Assembly: GCA_026709065.1 (NCBI GenBank)
Contig: JAPOTS010000035.1
Span: forward strand, 16,033-80,032
DNA: 64,000 nucleotides
Direction: 5' to 3'
Origin: Bacteroidota bacterium
GTDB taxonomy: Bacteria > Bacteroidota > Rhodothermia > Rhodothermales > Bin80
Below are positions 21,853-32,193 of this stretch, in pieces. Below the pieces are notes generated by a model. The model searched no databases, was not told the DNA's origin, and saw nothing but the letters and a program-made list of their open reading frames with translations. The translations under genes were made by a program, and so were the position numbers. The stretch's first letter is position 1. Every line of letters starts with the position of its first letter.

Positions 21853-22997
21853 TCTAATAGGCTACGGTAGGGGGTAAGAAAGTGTTTGGATTCTATGGTA
21901 TAGTTAAAATTTTCTTTAAATTTAGATGTATTACTAGCCCATTTGTATAGGTATTCAGGGTTTTGAATTGCAGTATTGAGGGCAGACCCCAAAGCCTTTA
22001 CATCTCCACTTGGAACGACACAGCCTACATCAAATCGCTCAATGATCTGACGGATTTCTGGAAGATCACTTGCAATGACAGGAATCCCAGCCGAGAGATA
22101 TTCAAACAATTTATTTGGAAGGGCATATTTATGATTAAGACAACAGTCTTCTAGGAATGTGATTCCAATATCTGCGGTAGCTGTAACATTGAGTAATTCA
22201 TCTGGTGAAACTGGATCAAGGAATTTTACTTTGGAACTTAGATTCAAATCCTTCACGAGTCGCTCAGTTTCGCCCCTCAGCGGACCTTTCCCCAAGAACA
22301 CCAAGAGAGCATTTTCAGTGTAACGCATCGCATTTACCATCATTGAACCACCTCTATGTTTTTGGATACTTCCTTGATGAAGGATGATCGTTATATTATC
22401 AGTGACATTCAATGTTTTTCTAAGCGATGGTGAGGTACTTGCTTTTTGGGGCTCAGGTACGTTTAACATCAAATATACAGAATCTAAGCCGTAGCTGTCT
22501 GAGAGATGTTTGGATATGCTTTCACTGACTGTAAATACGCAATCAGCTTTGCGGATGTATTTACGTTCAACCAATGACCATACACCACGTACCCATGGAC
22601 GTTTGATCGTTGCAGGTACATGTGTATAGAGCTCACGAGAATCAAATACTAACTTGCCTCTATGCCGAGTGGCAGTTTGTGACATGGCAGCAAGGACGTA
22701 TAAATCACTTGCATGGTAGACCCTAGAAACGACATTGCGAAGTGCACGCTTGGATTGTTGATAAACATTAAAAAAGAATTGTGGTCCATGCCCATTTGGT
22801 TTAGGGAGATATTTCATAGTCACATTTGGAATATTGATCGTTGCATCTAAAGACTGATCGGCTATTGCTAAGACCAATATATTGGCTCCTAAATCTGATA
22901 GCAACCTTAATTGACGGAGTGCTCTTGAATTCACCATTGGATCACCTGTAAGTGCAAACGCAACATCAAATATATCCATGGAATGATGTGTATTCAT
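21846..22997 (-). CDS. glycosyltransferase family 4 (GT-B fold)
   Basis: C-terminal GT1/GT4 region (E..PNKLFEYLSAGIPVIASD). ATG 22979 is an alternative start. Confidence 0.8.
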   Translation of the reverse strand: MNTHHSMDIFDVAFALTGDPMVNSRALRQLRLLSDLGANILVLAIADQSLDATINIPNVTMKYLPKPNGHGPQFFFNVYQQSKRALRNVVSRVYHASDLYVLAAMSQTATRHRGKLVFDSRELYTHVPATIKRPWVRGVWSLVERKYIRKADCVFTVSESISKHLSDSYGLDSVYLMLNVPEPQKASTSPSLRKTLNVTDNITIILHQGSIQKHRGGSMMVNAMRYTENALLVFLGKGPLRGETERLVKDLNLSSKVKFLDPVSPDELLNVTATADIGITFLEDCCLNHKYALPNKLFEYLSAGIPVIASDLPEIRQIIERFDVGCVVPSGDVKALGSALNTAIQNPEYLYKWASNTSKFKENFNYTIESKHFLTPYRSLLEC

Positions 22998-23627
22998 CAG
23001 ATTATGTCTTCTTCAAATAACATGGCTATAGATTATCTGGAAGTCTGAACCCCAAATGTTGGGTCCGCACATGTGATTCAGTGAATGTGTTCTAATTGAA
23101 GAAATTTAAGATCCTTTTCCTTTAGGTTGTAATCAAATTTAATGATTTTCTTAAATCATTAAAGCATTATTTACTGATTGTCCTTGTAATTTCGTGTACT
23201 ATTTTGGAATCAGAGTCTTATTCGCCAGCGGTGCGAGTCAAAGTGATTCTGTGATTCAACCGTTTTTCGATTGGTTTTTGTAAGGAACGTCTTAGTGTAG
23301 GATGGGACGAACATCATGTAGTTGTTTCTGAGGCAATGCGTCCTCACAGGAAGATCAAATTATCCAGACTGCATGGGCATTTGATCGTACTTCTTGAAGC
23401 GGGTGACTCAAGCCAGATAACGTTCTCATGTGGAAGCAATTTATTAGAAACACAAGATTTGAGTGGAACTTTGCACTAACAGGAGGAGACTGGAGTTTTA
23501 CAGACAGCTTATTGGAGTGCTTCTATATCAACAGCATCTCAGTCTACATCCCCACTGAAAGTTGAGTCGCTGACCTTGTCCTCCATGTCCAACGGAGAGT
23601 CATCCAACTCACATACACATCTGGAAG

Positions 23628-24581
23628 CTAAGGTTTCCATGCCAAAAAGAAAAATATCGGAGTAAAAACACCTCTTTGACTTCCTTCAACCACAGCATCT
23701 GCACCTTTATTCAGGAATGTGCTAACAGCTCGGGTTCCTTTTGGGGCTAGTCGAAATGATTCCCCAATCAGTATAGCAAAATTCGTCAGAGACCATCCAA
23801 TCGGTGTACGCGGAGTGATTATCAGACTCAAGTCACGGCCTTGTAGGGCGCGATACCATGGTGTATTTGGGTCTGCTTCTGGGACTAAGTTGCGAGCTTC
23901 AAGGATTTCAAATCCTGCATCATGCAATGCTTTATGCACCTCGTGTGTTGAGTTGATATCTGAGAGCCCGTTTCCTAGCATGATGTGTTGCTTGATCTGT
24001 TGGTGATCTTTATTATCTGGATTAAAATCTTCGGTGGACACCATTCATAACCCGCAGAATATGCCTCTGAACTAAGCAAACGGAAGACTTCTCGGAATGC
24101 TGCAGTTTTATTTGGTGCGTGCGGCATGAATTCAATTGCAAATGCAGCGTCATAGTTATTATCTTCTTCGGGAATTTACATATTGCTTGTGTGGATGAAA
24201 CGACAGAGTTGACTGATATCCTTGGTATGCATTTTAGCACATTCAATCTGATAGGCATTGATATTGATCCCGACAAAGTTGGCTCCTGTCCATTTGGTAA
24301 AGTTTCTCATTGGACCTCCGACACCACAACCAATATCCAATACCTGCATTCCTGATTTAAGCGATAATTTATCGGATAGGAAGCGTTGATGCCTGAGCGG
24401 GGATTCTTTGAAAGATTCATTTTGGAGGCGTGGTGCGAAGTGAAAAGATTGCCCCCCAGCCGAACTCATAGAAATTTGTCGTGAGGTCATAATAGTCATT
24501 GACAAGATTCTGGTAATTATCCTGTCTATCTTCAAGTCGGCCGTCTTGGAGTTCTTCGTAACGATTGACCGTAGATTTCAT
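23628..24581 (-). pseudogene. disrupted sterol 24-C-methyltransferase (ERG6/SMT family) gene
   Basis: Three track ORFs and one unlisted frame join into NDYYDLTTNFYEFGWG|QSFHFAPR...VLDIGCGVGGP...NM*IPEEDNNYDAAFAIE..PHAP...GYEW|STEDFNPDNKDHQQIK...PWY...RLAPKGT...FTPIFFFLAWKP. This is collinear with yeast Erg6 and plant SMT1. There are two frameshifts and one TAA. Confidence 0.8.
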
Positions 24582-25360
24582 CTCTTCTGGAACTAGATGT
24601 GCTAATCAGTCAGTTTGTGGTATTTTAATACATGTATGAGACATGAACAATTGATGATGAATGAATAGAGTAATAATGCACCCATGAAGGCTTCATTGCT
24701 AAACCAACTAGGGAATAGTAGTGGGAGAAAGTTACGCAACAATATTATGAATGTTGCACAAAACCATAAACTTAGGGAATTACGAGCAAACTGTAAGGTG
24801 CCTCCTGAGACGGCGCTCAATCCTATGACTTTGTTCCTTGATCACTTCCCCATTGCAGTCTTTAAACAGTCCATGCATCGCTTGGCGATCCGTCAAATCT
24901 TTGTTTTGCTCATTCATCTTCTATATGGCTTGTTCCAGATCAGTACTATCGCACAATCATTGTTCATGGACCAATCTGTCTCGCTACGATATCAGCAATG
25001 TCTATATTGAGTTCTTGGATGTTAACTTTTTCAAGGGTATCCTATTTTTCTACATCCGACGAAACCGCAAGATTGTAATCATTATCAATGATCATCTCTT
25101 TGTCTACCAGCATGGTATGTAGTCTATACTTCGGCGATCGGTAAACGCGTCTATGCTCTCTGTCTGATAGGTATAGTTGGGCTACGTACCTAATTGATGC
25201 ATTGTTGTTACCGATAGATGACTCATCGTTCAACAATTTGATTATTATTTATTCTGTTTTGCTTGCATTTATGATCATTTCACTGGGCACTCTGGAGAAC
25301 ACAGACCAGATCCAAAACGTATAATTTTTCCGTGATGATCTTTGCATTAAGAGGTCTATT

Positions 25361-25519
25361 ATGCCTAATTCTATGCCACTTCGGAATGGATTTCTGTCGG
25401 GGTTAATCAGCATTAATGAGGGATCATTAAGATGGATCTTTCCTAAATTTACCGGAAAACCTGCATTCCATAAAGCAAGAGTGGTACAAGATATTGTTTT
25501 TTACAAAATAAGTTTGTAA
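25361..25519 (+). CDS. 52-codon ORF coupled to plsC (hypothetical)
   Basis: ATG 25361 with no internal stop. Its TAA overlaps the plsC ATG as TAATG at 25517-25521. It is below the track size cutoff and has no recognisable motif. Confidence 0.25.
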   Translation: MPNSMPLRNGFLSGLISINEGSLRWIFPKFTGKPAFHKARVVQDIVFYKISL

Positions 25520-26280
25520 TGCGCGTATTGATACGCTTAATTGTCGTGTTGATTATAACCATTATTGGATGTATATATACGAGAATCGGAGCCTGGTTTC
25601 AACCGAAAGATCAGAGATTGTCATACAAAATGATGCGTCAAGGAGTCGCCGCTCGAAATTTTTGCCGTGTATTTAACATACATGTCCATGCATCCACCGA
25701 TTCAAAAGTGTCTCCATGTACACTTCGTGTAAGTAATCATCTAACCGTTCTTGATCCTATGATCATAGCATCACAATTAGATGTCTGTTTCGCAGGTAAA
25801 GCTGAAATTGCCCGCTGGCCTATCATTGGATGGATCGCACAATCTTATGCAATGCTTTTAGTCAATCGACGGACAAAGTCACATGCCAAAACATTTGCTT
25901 CCCAAGTTAGAGAACGTCTTATGGAGAATGGATCCGTAATGGTATTTCCAGAAGGCACAGTAGGTAATGGCACAACCCTACTCCCTTTCAAAACAGGAGC
26001 CTTTGAAAGTTTAAAAGGATGGGATCAAGGTAAGCTTCAACCGATCTTTATAAATGTAACGGGCATTAATGACCGCACGGTTGACGGCAAAGATGGGCGG
26101 ATATTTATATCCATGGCTTCGGATGTAAAACGCCATTCATTTATTCAGCAAATCGTTCATATTGCAGGTTTACGTAGATTAGATATTGAATTAAATATTG
26201 GCCCCTATATCAATATATCTGGAATGAATCGTAGAGAAAGTTCACTTGTAGCACGCGAAGCAATCAACAGACTTTCTTAA
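25519..26280 (+). CDS. plsC: 1-acyl-sn-glycerol-3-phosphate (lysophospholipid) acyltransferase
   Basis: HX4D motif (SNHLTVLDP), FPEGT block and an N-terminal TM anchor. Confidence 0.85.
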   Translation: MRVLIRLIVVLIITIIGCIYTRIGAWFQPKDQRLSYKMMRQGVAARNFCRVFNIHVHASTDSKVSPCTLRVSNHLTVLDPMIIASQLDVCFAGKAEIARWPIIGWIAQSYAMLLVNRRTKSHAKTFASQVRERLMENGSVMVFPEGTVGNGTTLLPFKTGAFESLKGWDQGKLQPIFINVTGINDRTVDGKDGRIFISMASDVKRHSFIQQIVHIAGLRRLDIELNIGPYINISGMNRRESSLVAREAINRLS

Positions 26281-26591
26281 ATTCAATGGCATTAGCAATG
26301 AAACAAAATCTCGGATGAAGAAATTTGAATCTTAATAACCTCATTTTCATGAGATTTTATTATTGTTGATCAATAGCTTCACTACGTTGGTTAGCTGTGA
26401 GGCACATAATGAGTACTTTCTGTGTAAAATCACATTATGAAGCATTGAACATGTTTTAATGATGCTTCTAATCACAGATACCTGAATCATAATCACTTCA
26501 ACGAGGAGTCCGTCAATCATGCGATTGATTTTCTGATAACATATATAGATGTTGTTCAATTTTATTCAATTTGGGGCGTGTTAGGTTATAG

Positions 26592-27785
26592 ATGCTGAGA
26601 TATTTAACTTCTGGTGAGTCTCATGGTGAAGCACTAATTGGAATTGTTGAAGGGATGCCCTCGGGGGTCCCACTGACTACAGAAGTCATTAATCATCATC
26701 TTGCTAGACGTTGGTTGGGCTTTGGACGAGGAGGCCGGGCTAAATTTGAGCATGACCTGATTCATATCTACTCAGGAGTTCGATTCTCAAAAACAATTGC
26801 AAGTCCCATTGCTCTAAGACTTGATAATGCAGCCTATACCAAAGACAAAAGTGGTTGGCCCCATGTCATGTCTATTGATGGAGGCGCTGAAGGTATTGAA
26901 CGGGTCACATTACCTCGCCCGGGACATGCCGACCTTGAAGGAGCACGTAAATACGGATTTAACGATATTCGGCCCGTAATTGACCGTGCGAGTGCTCGAG
27001 AAACTGCTATTCGAGTCGCATGCTGTACGATTGCTCGTCAACTCCTTAAACAATTTGGAATCGAAATTGGTAGCCATGTTCTGAGGATCGGAGACGTAGG
27101 AATTGATAGCGAAGATACATATATGGATCAAAGAGACCAGCTACTGTTCAAGGGAGCAGAGGCAATTAATGATCTAGCGGATCAAAGTCAGGTACGCATG
27201 ATTGATCCCGAACTCAGCCGCGCCTGCGTAGAGCATATCACTGAAATAAAACGCTCTGGCGACTCGCTGGGCGGAGTTTATGAGGTCATCGTAACTGGTG
27301 TGCCTCCAGGGTTAGGCTCGTATGTCCACTGGGATCGACGACTTGGAGGGCAACTCGCACAGGCCATCCTCTCAATCCAAGCTCAGAAAGGTGTTGAAAT
27401 TGGAAACGGTATTGAAAATTCTTCTCGCCCTGGTTCAAAAGTACATGATGAAATCTTTCTGGATCCATCCAACAATTATCAAAGACGCACCAATCATGCT
27501 GGAGGTCTGGAAGGTGGCATGACAAATGGAATGCCAATCATTGTAAGGGGCTATATGAAACCGATACCCACATTAATTAAGCCCTTAGAAACCGTTGACA
27601 TAGAATCTGGCGAGGCTCAACCTACACGCTATGAGCGAAGTGATGTAACTAGCGTACCTGCTGCATCTACGGTTGCTGAGGCAACAGTTTCTTGGGTTAT
27701 TGCAAATGCATTTATAGATAAATATGGGGCAGACTCGTTAGACGAAATGCAGAAATATTATCATTCTTCCCCTCATACAGGCTGA
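26592..27785 (+). CDS. aroC: chorismate synthase
   Basis: MLRYLTSGESHGEALIGIVEGMPSG N-terminus and GRHDP-type core blocks. Confidence 0.95.
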   Translation: MLRYLTSGESHGEALIGIVEGMPSGVPLTTEVINHHLARRWLGFGRGGRAKFEHDLIHIYSGVRFSKTIASPIALRLDNAAYTKDKSGWPHVMSIDGGAEGIERVTLPRPGHADLEGARKYGFNDIRPVIDRASARETAIRVACCTIARQLLKQFGIEIGSHVLRIGDVGIDSEDTYMDQRDQLLFKGAEAINDLADQSQVRMIDPELSRACVEHITEIKRSGDSLGGVYEVIVTGVPPGLGSYVHWDRRLGGQLAQAILSIQAQKGVEIGNGIENSSRPGSKVHDEIFLDPSNNYQRRTNHAGGLEGGMTNGMPIIVRGYMKPIPTLIKPLETVDIESGEAQPTRYERSDVTSVPAASTVAEATVSWVIANAFIDKYGADSLDEMQKYYHSSPHTG

Positions 27786-27790
27786 TAGTC

Positions 27791-30454
27791 ATGAGTAGTA
27801 CGAAGGGACACTCGGCTCCCTATGATCCCAAAACAACAGAATCTCGATGGTATGAATACTGGGATTCTAAAGGCTTTTTTTCAGCAGACCGAAAGACTGG
27901 ACAGCCCCCTCACACAATCATGATGCCGCCCCCCAATGTGACTGGAGCACTTCACATGGGACATGCACTGCAAGATACGATTCAGGATGCCCTGACCCGT
28001 ATGCGCAGAATGCAGGGCAGGGAGGCCCTCTGGATGCCAGGCAAAGATCATGCAGGTATTGCGACCCAAAATGTGGTTGAACGAGAACTAAAGAAGAATG
28101 AAAATAAAACCCGGTTTGATTTAGGACGAAGTGAGTTTGTTAAAAAAATCTGGGAATGGGTTGAGGAATATGGGGACAGAATTTTACAACAGAAGCGCCG
28201 TCTTGGAGATTCCTGTGACTGGCAGAGAGAGCGTTTTACGATGGATACAGGTTATGTAAATGCAGTTCAGACAGTCTTCGTCAAGTTGTATGATGCAGGA
28301 TTAATTTATCGAGGTAATTATTTAGTGAACTGGTGCCCCGTAGACCAAACGGCCTTATCTGATGAGGAAGTTGATAATGTTGAGCGAGATGGATTCCTCT
28401 GGTATATTCGATATCCATTCGTTGATGGATCTGGTCATATCACCGTGGCAACGACTCGGCCAGAAACAATGCTTGGTGATGTCGCCGTTGCAGTCAATCC
28501 TAAGGATCCACGATACAGCCACCAAATCAATCAGCCCATTCATTTACCCTTAACGGATAAAATTATCCATGTCATCGCAGATGATTATGTGCAACAAGAA
28601 TTCGGCACGGGGGCCCTAAAAATCACGCCAGGGCATGACAAAAATGATTTTGAAGTAGGGCAGAGACATCAATTAGAAGCGGTCAGTGTGATTGCCGAAG
28701 ACGGAACGTTAAATCATTATTGTGGAAAGTACGACGGAATTGATCGGTTTGAAGCGCGCGAGTTGATTGTTAGGGATTTAGAATCTGGCGGTTTTCTTGA
28801 AAAAGTTGAACCTTACAAAAGCACTGTACCTATTTCACAACGATCTAAGGCCATTGTTGAGCCACTTCTGTCTCGTCAATGGTTTGTGAAGATGAAACCC
28901 TTAGCAGAACCAGCGATCGCCGCAGTGAAAGACGGGACGATAAAGTTTTATCCAAAGCGATGGGAGAATGAATACTTTCGCTGGTTGGAGGAGATACGGG
29001 ATTGGTGTATCAGCCGTCAATTATGGTGGGGGCATCGTATCCCTGTATGGTATTATATAGATTCTGATGGTAACATTGACGAATCTCGAGGATATGTCGT
29101 TTCAATTGAGCAACCTGAGCCTGATATGATACAGGATGAAGATGTTCTTGACACATGGTTTTCTTCTTGGCTCTTTCCTTTTGCAACCCTGGGTTGGCCT
29201 GAAGATGATGACGATACGATATCTGATTTAAACTATTTCCATCCGACTGATGTCCTAGTTTCAGGTTATGATATTCTATTTTTTTGGATAGCAAGAATGA
29301 TCATGGCATCCCTTTATTTTACAGGCCAAATCCCGTACCGTGATATTTTCATTACCGGTATGATCAAAGACAAACTTGGCCGCTGGATGTCTAAAAGTTT
29401 GGGTAACGGAATTGACCCATTAGAGTTAATTGAAGAATATGGTGCGGATGCTGTTAGGTTCTATTTAACGATTTTATGTGCCCAAGGACAGGACATACGG
29501 CTTGATCCTACAGGGTTTCAGATGGGCCGTAATTTTGCGAACAAAATCTGGAATGCATTCAATGTATTTGGGCGATTCATTGATTCCGATAAAGATTATC
29601 AGCGATCCAGATCAATGGATCAACTTGAATTAGTAGAACGATGGATGTTAACAAGGCTTGCAGAATGTATTGAATCTGTACAAGATGCTCTGACCCGTTA
29701 TCGCCTTAATGAGGCTGCAAATATTTTATATACGACATTTAGAAGCGATTACTGTGATTGGTACCTAGAATTAGTTAAGCCCAAAGTCGGAGAAACTATG
29801 TCAGAGGAAAGAATTTCACTTGCCATTGAGATATATGAGCAGTTAATTCAACTTCTTCATCCATTTATGCCATTTATCACAGAAGATCTGTGGCATCGCT
29901 TGCGTCCTCGCGCAGATGGTGAGGCATGCATGGTATCTAAATGGCCTGTTCCACATCAGGATAGAGATTCTTTAGGAGCTAAGCAATTTGAATTTATTCA
30001 GGAATCAATTAGCGCAATCCGAAATTTACGAAGTCGTTACGGAGTTCCCCCAAATAAATGGATTCAAGTCATCATTAGCCTATCAAAGCAACAACATCAT
30101 TTAAATGAAATTATCAATGAGCAACAAGAGTATTTCACTAAGCTCGCTCATGTAGAGACTCTCCAAGTTGGAATTGATCTACCAAAACCCAAGCGGTCGG
30201 CTACATCCGTTGTTGGATTTGCAGTTATTTATGTTCAGGGTATAGTTGACCCCAAAGAAGAGTATCAACGATTAGCAAAAGACTTAGCGCAAAAGGAGGC
30301 TTTTCTTCAGAGAGTCCAGAAAAAACTATCCAATGATAAATTTATCACTAATGCGCCTGCGGAGGTCGTCCGACGTGAACGCCAAAAGGAAATAGATGCT
30401 AAGACTGAAATTGATAAATTGCGTGCTAGTTTATCCGATTGGATAGAATCGTGA
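27791..30454 (+). CDS. valS: valine--tRNA ligase
   Basis: PPPNVTGALHMGH and MSKSLGN class I motifs with a C-terminal coiled coil, 887 aa. Confidence 0.95.
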   Translation: MSSTKGHSAPYDPKTTESRWYEYWDSKGFFSADRKTGQPPHTIMMPPPNVTGALHMGHALQDTIQDALTRMRRMQGREALWMPGKDHAGIATQNVVERELKKNENKTRFDLGRSEFVKKIWEWVEEYGDRILQQKRRLGDSCDWQRERFTMDTGYVNAVQTVFVKLYDAGLIYRGNYLVNWCPVDQTALSDEEVDNVERDGFLWYIRYPFVDGSGHITVATTRPETMLGDVAVAVNPKDPRYSHQINQPIHLPLTDKIIHVIADDYVQQEFGTGALKITPGHDKNDFEVGQRHQLEAVSVIAEDGTLNHYCGKYDGIDRFEARELIVRDLESGGFLEKVEPYKSTVPISQRSKAIVEPLLSRQWFVKMKPLAEPAIAAVKDGTIKFYPKRWENEYFRWLEEIRDWCISRQLWWGHRIPVWYYIDSDGNIDESRGYVVSIEQPEPDMIQDEDVLDTWFSSWLFPFATLGWPEDDDDTISDLNYFHPTDVLVSGYDILFFWIARMIMASLYFTGQIPYRDIFITGMIKDKLGRWMSKSLGNGIDPLELIEEYGADAVRFYLTILCAQGQDIRLDPTGFQMGRNFANKIWNAFNVFGRFIDSDKDYQRSRSMDQLELVERWMLTRLAECIESVQDALTRYRLNEAANILYTTFRSDYCDWYLELVKPKVGETMSEERISLAIEIYEQLIQLLHPFMPFITEDLWHRLRPRADGEACMVSKWPVPHQDRDSLGAKQFEFIQESISAIRNLRSRYGVPPNKWIQVIISLSKQQHHLNEIINEQQEYFTKLAHVETLQVGIDLPKPKRSATSVVGFAVIYVQGIVDPKEEYQRLAKDLAQKEAFLQRVQKKLSNDKFITNAPAEVVRRERQKEIDAKTEIDKLRASLSDWIES

Positions 30455-32193
30455 CTTATATTCTCGGGATTAGTTGCTGGTATCATGATGCTGCCGCATG
30501 TATAGTAAAAGACGGACATATCATTGCGGCAGCACAAGAAGAACGCTTTACTAAGATCAAACATGATCTATCCTTTCCAGTCAATGCAATTCACTGGTGC
30601 CTTGATTATGTTGGAATTACCGCCCAAGAATTAGCTTGCATTGCTTATTATGATAAGCCATTCCTTAAATTTGAGAGGCTTCTTGAGTCATATTTGGTAG
30701 GCGTTCCTTTTGGGATCCCATCATTTGTCAAGGCTATGCCAGTATGGCTTAAACGCAATCTATGGATTCCTGAAATTCTTCGTAAGGAGCTTAGCTATGA
30801 TGGTCAATTATTGTTTTGTGAACATCATGAAAGTCATTCAGCAAGTGCATTTTTGCCATCACCATTTCGCTCTGCGGCGATTTTAACCACTGATGGAGTA
30901 GGGGAATGGGCTACGACTTCAATTGGGAAGGGGCATGATTCCAGAATCATGATTGAAAAAGAGATTCATTTTCCACATTCACTTGGATTACTCTACAGTA
31001 CATTTACGGGCTATTGTGGCTTTAGAGTGAATTCGGGTGAATATAAGTTGATGGGATTAGCTCCCTACGGGGAGCCCGAGTATGTTCAGACAATTAAGGA
31101 TGAACTAATTGATATAAAAGACGATGGGTCATACAAGTTGAATCTCAAGTATTTTGCTTTCCCTTGGGGGTTAAAAATGCACTCAAAAGCATTTGAATCT
31201 CTTTTTGGAGGTCCAGCGAGAATCCCTGAATCAGATATTACAGAAAAGCAGATTAACCTTGCATGCTCGATTCAAATCGTTATTGAAGATGTCGTTTTAC
31301 GGATGGCAAAATTTGCCGTCAATGAATCTGGCGAAAAAAATCTTTGTTTAGCTGGTGGTGTTGCACTCAACTGTGTCGCAAATGGAAAACTCTTAGAATC
31401 AAAGATGTGTGACCAATTGTGGATTCAACCAGCATCTGGTGACTCTGGTGGCGCATTAGGAGCAGCCTTGATGGCATGGTATCAGTATCACGGAGCATCT
31501 CGTGAACCTCTACGGTCTGATGGGATGCAAGGGGCTAGTCTTGGACCGTCCTATCATAGAGATGAGATTCAAGCTACGCTAGAAAAAGCCAACCTTAGCT
31601 ATGAAGAGCTCAATGATCAAAGGATGTGTAAGCGAGTAGCTGAGTTGCTTGATCACCAAAAAGTCATTGGCTGGTTTCAAGGGCGGATGGAGTTTGGTCC
31701 GCGGGCGCTTGGGCACCGCAGTATTTTAGCTGATCCACGTAGGCTTAAAATGCAGCAGCATGTAAACCTATCAATTAAATTTAGAGAAAGTTTTCGTCCT
31801 TTTGCTCCCGCAGTCCTTGAAGAAAAAAGTGATGAGTGGTTTCAACTATCTTTTCCAAGTCCTTACATGTTACTTACTGCACAAGTCAAACATGCCAAAA
31901 TTGATGGGCATGGTTTAAAGAAACAGCAAAATATTAAGTCTCCCATTGCTGCTGTCACTCATGTAGACGGATCGGCTAGGGTTCAAACAGTCAACCGAAA
32001 TGATCACCCCCTCTTTTATCAGTTGTTAACCGAATTTGAAGCGATCACGGGATGTCCAGTGCTAATTAACACTAGTTTTAATGTTAGAGGAGATCCAATC
32101 GTTTCTTCTCCGAATGATGCTGTAAATTGCTATAAAAATACAAATATTGATGCCTTATCCATCGGCCCATTTTTAGTGATCAAAGACTCTTAA
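30451..32193 (+). CDS. carbamoyltransferase (NodU/CmcH family)
   Basis: N-terminal ILGISCWYHDAAA and C-terminal NTSFN motifs. GTG 30451 gives a GTGA overlap with the valS stop. The track uses TTG 30439. Confidence 0.85.
   Translation: MTYILGISCWYHDAAACIVKDGHIIAAAQEERFTKIKHDLSFPVNAIHWCLDYVGITAQELACIAYYDKPFLKFERLLESYLVGVPFGIPSFVKAMPVWLKRNLWIPEILRKELSYDGQLLFCEHHESHSASAFLPSPFRSAAILTTDGVGEWATTSIGKGHDSRIMIEKEIHFPHSLGLLYSTFTGYCGFRVNSGEYKLMGLAPYGEPEYVQTIKDELIDIKDDGSYKLNLKYFAFPWGLKMHSKAFESLFGGPARIPESDITEKQINLACSIQIVIEDVVLRMAKFAVNESGEKNLCLAGGVALNCVANGKLLESKMCDQLWIQPASGDSGGALGAALMAWYQYHGASREPLRSDGMQGASLGPSYHRDEIQATLEKANLSYEELNDQRMCKRVAELLDHQKVIGWFQGRMEFGPRALGHRSILADPRRLKMQQHVNLSIKFRESFRPFAPAVLEEKSDEWFQLSFPSPYMLLTAQVKHAKIDGHGLKKQQNIKSPIAAVTHVDGSARVQTVNRNDHPLFYQLLTEFEAITGCPVLINTSFNVRGDPIVSSPNDAVNCYKNTNIDALSIGPFLVIKDS

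Noticed and set aside
23138-23163. An 11 bp perfect hairpin, tttaatgattt-tctt-aaatcattaaa, downstream of the SMT relic.
   Set aside because: The stem has only one G-C pair and low predicted stability, and such dyads are common in AT-rich spacers. It may once have been a terminator, but I cannot support a functional call.
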